In this document: piece after piece, positions 57,782-64,000 of the stretch | Position numbering within the stretch: position 1 is the first letter of the stretch | How the letters are laid out: each line of letters opens with the position of its first letter | Origin: an uncultured Verrucomicrobiae bacterium | GTDB taxonomy: Bacteria; Verrucomicrobiota; Verrucomicrobiia; Chthoniobacterales; JAFAMB01 | DNA: 64,000 nucleotides | Assembly: GCA_963762565.1 (NCBI GenBank) | Contig: CAVXLD010000001.1 | Location: forward strand, 480,001 to 544,000 | Direction of reading: 5' to 3' | Position numbers and translations under genes: made by a program | Notes under the pieces: generated by a model | Seen by the model: only the letters and a program-made list of their open reading frames with translations | Database searches by the model: none | What the model was told of the DNA's origin: nothing

Positions 57782-58696
57782 TCAATATTTCGAGAACGAA
57801 TCCAACCTGGATTCATACTCGTGGTAATTCAGAACCTCGTACAGATGGTCTCGAGTTTGCATCGCGCCAACCGCAGCTTTCTGGGTGCCGGTCTGGCGAA
57901 TGGTTTCATAGACGCTCTCGGCTGCAGCCGACATCGCCCGAAAAGCGCTTAATGGATAAAGAACGACCCGAATCCCGGATGCGCGCAGCTCTTCCACCGA
58001 AAAAAGCGGGGTTTTGCCAAATTCGGTCAGGTTCGCCAACACCGGAACCCGGAGACGTTCAGTAAACCGGCGATAATCTTCGAGACTGGTGACTGCTTCC
58101 GCAAAGATAAGGTCGGCTCCAGCTACAACATACTGCTCACATCGCTCGAGAGCCGAATCGACCCCTTCGCCGGCCACGGCATCCGTACGTGCCATCAAAA
58201 CGAACGATGGATCAATCTTAGCGTCGCTGGCAGCCCTAATCCGATCGACCATCTCCCGTGGTTCTACGACTTCCTTGTTGGGACGATGGCCACATCGTTT
58301 GGCCTGAACCTGGTCCTCAATGTGGCAACCCGCGGCGCCGGCTCGACCCAGATCCCGAATCGCACGCGCGATATTGAACGCGTTTCCCCAGCCCGTATCG
58401 GCATCGACCATGATTGGCAAATTAGTGGCCCCGGTGATCCTGCGAACGTCTTCGCACACATCGTTCAAATTGGTCATCCCGAGGTCGGGCAACCCAAAAG
58501 AAGCATTCGCGACCCCCGCGCCGGAAAGATATACGGCTCGAAAGCCTGCCCGCTGAGCAAGCAGCGCGCAGAAGGCATTGATCACGCCCACCATCTGCAA
58601 CGGTCTCTCCTCCTCGATCGCAGTTCGCAAGCGGACACCAGGCGAGGTCGGTGATGGGTGATTGGTGATTGGTGATTGGTTGGAGGGGCTACTCAC
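57782..58696 (-). CDS. prpB: Methylisocitrate lyase
   Basis: YLSGAG, DADTG, EDQ..AKRCGH, ARTDA, ANLTEFG. Confidence 0.95.
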   Translation of the reverse strand: MSSPSNQSPITNHPSPTSPGVRLRTAIEEERPLQMVGVINAFCALLAQRAGFRAVYLSGAGVANASFGLPDLGMTNLNDVCEDVRRITGATNLPIMVDADTGWGNAFNIARAIRDLGRAGAAGCHIEDQVQAKRCGHRPNKEVVEPREMVDRIRAASDAKIDPSFVLMARTDAVAGEGVDSALERCEQYVVAGADLIFAEAVTSLEDYRRFTERLRVPVLANLTEFGKTPLFSVEELRASGIRVVLYPLSAFRAMSAAAESVYETIRQTGTQKAAVGAMQTRDHLYEVLNYHEYESRLDSFSKY

Positions 58697-58737
58697 CTTC
58701 TGTCCTTTTAACCCGCGGAAAACAGTAGTTCAAGGCC

Positions 58738-59165
58738 GGAGGGGAGCCAGACTTCGCCCCTTCGTCTAGACTCGGGAGGCTACGTCGGGCAGGCCGCTTT
58801 GGCGCGTGACCGTCTATCTACTAACATTCCCCGCACAACTCGATCCGGTCGAAGATCTTGTTAAACAAGCGGCTCCCGCGAATAACCCAGCGGCTCGCAG
58901 CTCCATCGATTGATGCTTCTAAAAAGGAGACGAGAAGAAAATCTACGCAATTGCCAAGTATTCTATCGACTTTTTAGCGTCTCCATCTCTGTAACTGTGT
59001 GAGAACGATCGGAATTTATAGGCCTATGGCTTCGAGGCAAACGACAGAGCTGCAAAACGCTGGGCACCTCCCGGGAGCCGCCTGCTGCCTCGTTATCTTG
59101 GACCCATCGCGCACTGCGACGAATTTCGCGGGGTCCTGCGGCATGTGCCAAAGCGGCTCCCCTCC
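58738..59165. repeat. Family H palindromic element whose left arm is interrupted by family F (58747-58793)
   Basis: ggaggggag[F]ccgctttgg versus ccaaagcggctcccctcc; inner arms match 13640 and 13741. Confidence 0.8.
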
Positions 59166-59223
59166 ACTCTCCAAAACCTTGAACTCCCCCACCCCTTTAG
59201 TTTAGAACTGAGGCTACCAGCCT

Positions 59224-60300
59224 ATGGCCCAAATCGGCAAATGCTCCAATCGCGTGGGTTGCACCCTCGCTTATACCGGTCAAGAGATCCGTTTCGAAGG
59301 TTCGCCTATCTGCCCGGAATGCGGGCAACCCTTGACCGAACTCACAAAGCCCAAAAAAAGCAGCAAACTCTGGATATTGATCCTGATCCCGATTGTGCTT
59401 TTGGCGCTCGCAGCGGTGGGATTTTATGCGGTGGAACGGTATGTGGCTGCTGTCGATGCCGCGAAAATCACCCCGACGGCGACTCCGACTGCCACGGCCG
59501 TGGCCCAGAGTTCGGCAAAGACGGACCAGAGCGGAGGAAAGATGGTCGACGGGAAAAGCACGGTACCGGCGGACGTGCTCGACAAAGCCAACAATCAATC
59601 CAGCCAATCGCCGACCGCGCAGCCTGCCTCGTCCGCTGCTACTCCAACGGTGACTCCTGCGCCCGAAACGCAACAATCGCCGCCCGCCACGAAAGAAAAC
59701 CCGCCGGCCGAAGGCCAGTCCCCTCCTGCTGGGGGATCAAGTCCCGATAACCTTAAACACGACAACGCGAGCGCGCAGAAATCGGCCAACACCGGAGGCG
59801 ACAATTCCGCACAAACGGTGGACACGAAACCGAAGGCGTTATCCTCGGCTGACGTAGAGGCCACCAAACAAGATGTATTGAAGCGGATCGCCGCGCTGCC
59901 AAAGATGAGCGAGTCGGAGAAAACAAAGCTGGCCGACAAAGTCGAGACCGCCCGTTCTATGCTACGGGTTGGGGTCGTGTACTTCCCGCCGGGCGGCAGT
60001 ATCCTTCCGAAGCCGTCGGTGGACAAGCTCGTCGACATGTTTAAAGGGCAGGAGCTGGTAGAGAAGATGAGCGATCCGACGTTAGTGTTTATCGTTGCAG
60101 GCTACGCCGATATGAGCGGAGATCCTCGGGGAAACATCAGACTATCCGAAGACCGCGCCCAAGCCGTAGCCAATGCGCTGGCAGAAAGTGCCGGGGTAAT
60201 CAATCTCGTGCGTACCGTCGGCATGGGGGGAACCGAACTCCTAGGTAGCCGGCGACCGGACCAAAATCGGGCGGTGGAAATTTGGGCCGTAATCCCCTAG
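59224..60300 (+). CDS. OmpA-like peptidoglycan-binding protein with N-terminal Cys cluster and TM
   Basis: CSNRVGC...CPEC, TM, low-complexity linker, GYAD..G...NIRLSEDRA, NRAVEI. Confidence 0.8.
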   Translation: MAQIGKCSNRVGCTLAYTGQEIRFEGSPICPECGQPLTELTKPKKSSKLWILILIPIVLLALAAVGFYAVERYVAAVDAAKITPTATPTATAVAQSSAKTDQSGGKMVDGKSTVPADVLDKANNQSSQSPTAQPASSAATPTVTPAPETQQSPPATKENPPAEGQSPPAGGSSPDNLKHDNASAQKSANTGGDNSAQTVDTKPKALSSADVEATKQDVLKRIAALPKMSESEKTKLADKVETARSMLRVGVVYFPPGGSILPKPSVDKLVDMFKGQELVEKMSDPTLVFIVAGYADMSGDPRGNIRLSEDRAQAVANALAESAGVINLVRTVGMGGTELLGSRRPDQNRAVEIWAVIP

Positions 60301-60304
60301 CTAG

Positions 60305-60349
60305 CCTGCCACGCTAGAAAAAGGCTAAGCCTTTTTCTAGCGTGGCAGG
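60305..60349. terminator. Perfect 21-bp-arm hairpin between convergent genes
   Basis: cctgccacgctagaaaaaggc-taa-gcctttttctagcgtggcagg. Confidence 0.55.
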
Positions 60350-60720
60350 AGACGGAGCCCGATACGAAGGGCGTCGAATTCTACGTGATGACGGACCTTG
60401 TCCAGAGGACGGCGTTCACCACGGGGTAGTGTGACTCCATCCAAGCGAAGAGGCCTAGTGACGTTCCGTGGTGTCAAAATAAACCATTCCCCTTGGTCCC
60501 TGCCGATGAGCGCATGGCGGGGCTCTAACCCGGGAATATGTTTGAACACCTCAGGAGCCAGATTGGATTCTGCTCCAATGATCGTGCCGTCCCGGCAAGC
60601 AAAAGTCTTGCCTTCAACTACGAGCTCGAGCCGGGCATTCTTAGGCGCAGGCGGACGAAAACCACCTTGTGAACCGAAATCGACCGAGCTCGTTTGCCGG
60701 CCTTCGTCCGAAGAAGACAT
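60337..60720 (-). CDS. FHA-like domain protein
   Basis: IIG....RHALI....W.I...N...RLDG pattern, degenerate. Confidence 0.55.
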   Translation of the reverse strand: MSSSDEGRQTSSVDFGSQGGFRPPAPKNARLELVVEGKTFACRDGTIIGAESNLAPEVFKHIPGLEPRHALIGRDQGEWFILTPRNVTRPLRLDGVTLPRGERRPLDKVRHHVEFDALRIGLRLLPR

Positions 60721-60780
60721 CAGGCCATGGTAGACAGATTCTTGGCGGGTGCCAATACAAGAAGAGGCGGCCGGGCCTTA

Positions 60781-60995
60781 GTAGGGCGAGGCTCCGGATC
60801 TTCCCGGAACCGTTCGCAAGGGGCAAAATCGGGGAGGGCGCGCTGCCTGTCCGACATAGCCTGATGCATCCGATTGATTTTCTCCCACCGGGGCGACGTC
60901 GGATCCCCGCGCGCCGCGAGGATCCGACGTCGCCAGGGCTGAGAAGAAAAGACCCAGGATGGAAGGCTATGTCGGACAGGCTGCGATCCCTCCCC
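60781..60995. repeat. Family B arm plus two family A arms each interrupted by family F
   Basis: F copies at 60846-60903 (+) and 60923-60980 (-); the latter is nearly identical to 16154-16211. Confidence 0.8.
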
Positions 60996-61125
60996 GGCGA
61001 TGGGCGTGCATTGAATCCAGAACGAATCCCGCTGGCTACCGGCCCAGCTACAGGTTTAACCGAAGGGTCAACCGAGGGCGAAAATGCCTGCGAACTCCAA
61101 ACAAAAACTGGATTTCCGCCTAACT

Positions 61126-61137
61126 GTGAACGTTCAC
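61126..61137. promoter_or_regulatory. LacI-family-like operator
   Basis: Perfect palindrome GTGAACGTTCAC with central CG, upstream of a sugar ABC operon. Confidence 0.55.
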
Positions 61138-61265
61138 GTGAAATTCATTTGGAGACCGAACAAAATATTGATCTTTTCCTAGAAAGGCGCTATTCCGGGT
61201 ACGGCGAACCTTCTCCAAAACTCTATCCACAGACCGTTTAGAGAAGGCTAACCCCCCAGTTAACT

Positions 61266-62240
61266 ATGAAATCATTATACTCAATTGCTCGACGAAACCC
61301 AGTAACAGCGCTAACCAGCTTAGCGGTACTCGGGCTCATCAGTACTTCTGGTTTTGCGGCAGACAAGAAGTTGGTCGTCGGCTTCTCCCAAGTCGGCGCC
61401 GAAAGCGGCTGGCGTACCGCAAATACTGAATCCATCAAATCTGAAGCCGCCAAACGCGGCATCGACCTGCGTTTCTCCGACGCTCAACAAAAGGAGGAAA
61501 ACCAGATCAAGGCCATTCGGTCCTTCATCGCTCAGGGTGTCGATGTGATCGCTTTCTCTCCGGTAGTCGAGACGGGGTTTGAACCGGTGTTGCAAGAGGC
61601 GAAAAAGGCGGGGATCCCGGTTGTACTATCGGACCGCGCCGTGAAGGTTTCGGATCCAACCTTATACAAATGTTTCCTCGGTTCGGACTTCATTGAAGAA
61701 GGCAAAAGAGCGGGCAATGAAGCCATCAAGCTGACCGATGGTAAAGCGGGAATCGCGGAATTGGTAGGAACCGTGGGCGCAGCTCCAGCCATCGACCGGG
61801 CAAAGGGTTTTCGTGAAGCGATCGCCAGCCACCCGGACATGAAGATCCTCTTGTCGCAAAGCGGTGATTTCACCCGTGCAAAAGGGAAAGAAGTAATGGA
61901 AGCGTTCTTGAAATCTCCGCAGGCCAAAGAGATCACTCTGCTCTTCGCGCATAACGACGATATGGCTTTAGGCGCGATTCAGGCGATGGAAGAAGCCGGA
62001 ATTAAGCCAGGCCAAGATATCAAGATCGTGTCGATTGACGGCGTCAAGGGGGCCTTCGAGGCGATGAAGGATGGCAAGCTCAATGTTACCGTTGAGTGTA
62101 ATCCGTTGCTCGGTCCGCAGCTATTTGACATCATCGAGAAGGTCGCTAAGGGCGAATCTGTGCCGGCACGAGTTGTCTCTCAAGAGGGAGTGTACGAACA
62201 GGCTCAAGCGGCCGAAGAGCTTCCAAAACGACAGTACTAA
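61266..62240 (+). CDS. ytfQ: Sugar ABC transporter substrate-binding protein (galactofuranose-binding YtfQ-like)
   Basis: VGFSQVGAESGWR, DAQQKEENQIKAIRSFIAQGVD, AHNDDMA, VECNP. Confidence 0.85.
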   Translation: MKSLYSIARRNPVTALTSLAVLGLISTSGFAADKKLVVGFSQVGAESGWRTANTESIKSEAAKRGIDLRFSDAQQKEENQIKAIRSFIAQGVDVIAFSPVVETGFEPVLQEAKKAGIPVVLSDRAVKVSDPTLYKCFLGSDFIEEGKRAGNEAIKLTDGKAGIAELVGTVGAAPAIDRAKGFREAIASHPDMKILLSQSGDFTRAKGKEVMEAFLKSPQAKEITLLFAHNDDMALGAIQAMEEAGIKPGQDIKIVSIDGVKGAFEAMKDGKLNVTVECNPLLGPQLFDIIEKVAKGESVPARVVSQEGVYEQAQAAEELPKRQY

Positions 62241-62511
62241 GAGTTTAACCTCTTAGTCTCTGAGCCGGGCGCTCGCATTGAAGGGCTGAGCGCCCGGGTC
62301 TGCTTCGCGTGAGAAGTGAGAAGTGAATAGTGAGAGGTGAGAGGCAACCCGAGTCGAGGGAACGCCGTCAACGCTGCCGGCCCGGACAAAGCCCTGAAGT
62401 GCAACCCAAGAGCGGATCAGGGCTTTTCCTCCATCCGCCAACTGGCGCCACGATTAGACGCAGCAATCACCAATCACAAATCACTAATCACCTCTCACTT
62501 CTCACAGCAGA

Positions 62512-64000
62512 ATGCCTACGCCTCTTTTAGAGATCGCTGGCCTGAGCAAGAGCTTCCCGGGCGTCAAGGCGCTCGACTCTGTGGACCTAGCGGTTCACGC
62601 CGGGGAGATTCATGCGCTGATGGGAGAAAACGGCGCCGGCAAGAGCACTTTGATTAAAGTGCTGACCGGCGTGTTTCCCCGAGATGCTGGTGAGACCCGA
62701 TTGTCGGGCCAGGAAATAGCACCAAAGTCTCCTGGCGAAGCAGAGGCGCTGGGTATCAGCACCGTGTATCAGGAGGTGAATCTAGTTCCTCATTTGTCAG
62801 TAGCGGAGAACATCTGTATCGGACGTCAGCCGACGTTGTTGGGAATGATCCGCTGGGGTGCAATCGCGAAACGGGCTCGCGCCGCATTGGCCAGGCTGGA
62901 CCTTTCCTTGGACGTGAATCGCCAACTTTCGTCTTATTCGATCGCGATTCAGCAGATGGTAGCCATAGCCAGGGCGCTTGATATCTCGGCCAAGCTCCTG
63001 ATCTTGGACGAACCGACATCGAGCCTCGATAAGACCGAGGTCGAGGAGTTGTTCAAGAAGCTTCGCATTCTCCGCGAGGACGGTCTCGGGATCATCTTCA
63101 TCACTCATTTTCTGGAGCAGGTTTACGAGATTACAGATACCATCACCGTGTTAAGGAACGGATGCAGGGTGGGTTGTTTTGCCACCAAGGACCTGCCGCG
63201 GATTAACTTGGTCTCTCACATGATCGGAAAGAACCTGGGACAAGTTGAAGCCCTCGAACACACCCGGGCGAGCACCGCGACGATCCGCTCGGAGGCGCCA
63301 ATCCTGCGAGCGAACGCATTGGGGAAAAAGGGCTCAATACAACCGCTTGACCTGGAGATCCGGCCGGGAGAAGTCGTCGGACTAGCCGGCTTACTTGGTT
63401 CGGGACGCACCGAAACCGCCCGACTGCTGTTCGGAGTTGATCGTCCGGACCAGGGGACCATCCAGATCAATGATCAGCCGGTAAGATTCAGTTCGCCCCG
63501 CACGGCGATCCGATACCGTATCGCCTTAACCCCAGAGGACCGGAAAGTCGCGGGCGTTGTCCCCAGCTTAACCGTGCGGGAGAATATTATGTTGGCCCTG
63601 CAGGCAAGCCGAGGCAGCTGGCGTCGCTTGTCGCAGTCAGAGCAAGAGAAGCTCGCGGATCGGTTTATTCGCTCGCTGGATATCAAAACGCCCAGCCGCG
63701 AACAAGTCGTCCGAAACTTGAGCGGTGGAAACCAGCAAAAAGTGTTGCTTGCTCGCTGGCTTGCCACAGAGCCGAAATTATTCATTTTGGACGAACCGAC
63801 CCGCGGGATTGATGTCGGGGCGAAGGCGGAGATCGAGAAGTTGATTCAATCCCTAAGGCAAGACGGTTTGGCGGTGCTTTTTATTAGCTCCGAACTAGAA
63901 GAAGTCGTCCGGCAAAGCCAGCGAGTCGTGATTTTGCGGGACCGCCGCAAAGTTGGTGAATTGACAGAGGCAGCGATTTCCGAGCAAGCTATTATGGAGT
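62512..64000 (+). CDS. Sugar ABC transporter ATP-binding protein (YtfR-like), truncated by the window end
   Basis: MPTPLLEIAGLSKSFPGVKAL, GENGAGKST, LDEPT, LSGGNQQK; absent from the ORF track because no stop lies inside the window. Confidence 0.9.
   Translation, partial: MPTPLLEIAGLSKSFPGVKALDSVDLAVHAGEIHALMGENGAGKSTLIKVLTGVFPRDAGETRLSGQEIAPKSPGEAEALGISTVYQEVNLVPHLSVAENICIGRQPTLLGMIRWGAIAKRARAALARLDLSLDVNRQLSSYSIAIQQMVAIARALDISAKLLILDEPTSSLDKTEVEELFKKLRILREDGLGIIFITHFLEQVYEITDTITVLRNGCRVGCFATKDLPRINLVSHMIGKNLGQVEALEHTRASTATIRSEAPILRANALGKKGSIQPLDLEIRPGEVVGLAGLLGSGRTETARLLFGVDRPDQGTIQINDQPVRFSSPRTAIRYRIALTPEDRKVAGVVPSLTVRENIMLALQASRGSWRRLSQSEQEKLADRFIRSLDIKTPSREQVVRNLSGGNQQKVLLARWLATEPKLFILDEPTRGIDVGAKAEIEKLIQSLRQDGLAVLFISSELEEVVRQSQRVVILRDRRKVGELTEAAISEQAIME

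Noticed and set aside
20634..60720. Type VI secretion system (Clp ATPase, kinase, OmpA, FHA)
   Set aside because: The genes are scattered, there are no sheath, Hcp, VgrG or TssLM genes, and the ATPase lacks ClpV architecture.

Overview
Chromosomal window from a moderately GC-rich bacterium, most likely Verrucomicrobia/Chthoniobacterales-like (inferred from gene content only). The housekeeping backbone includes bioA, accD, folC, nadC, tRNA-Ser(TGA), fabD, fabF, mntR, an IscS/NifS desulfurase, prpBCD and a ytfQ/ytfR-like sugar ABC system. Between folC and nadC (about 7.4-31.8 kb) lies a type IV secretion (VirB2/3/4/5/6/8/9/10-like) operon that ends in a single-domain ClpB-like ATPase. The same interval holds a separate VirD4-like coupling protein, a solo Rep_3 initiator and a DUF4388-FGE / MglA / type IV prepilin / PilT module. 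No relaxase, integrase, VirB11 or att site is visible. It also carries a divergent HTH-citrate synthase / Re-citrate synthase pair with a palindromic operator. The intergenic DNA is a mosaic of small palindromic repeat families nested inside one another. One REP-like family carries unique 65-70 bp inserts at a fixed position in its hairpin loop, a 30-95 bp mini-element repeatedly interrupts other repeats, and a 234 bp palindrome sits in frame in a prepilin leader. A Y1 (RAYT/TIRYT-type) transposase with terminal inverted repeats sits beside a tandem REP array, and a candidate 206 nt structured RNA lies upstream of an S53 peptidase. All calls come from motif recognition by eye; no database searches were run.
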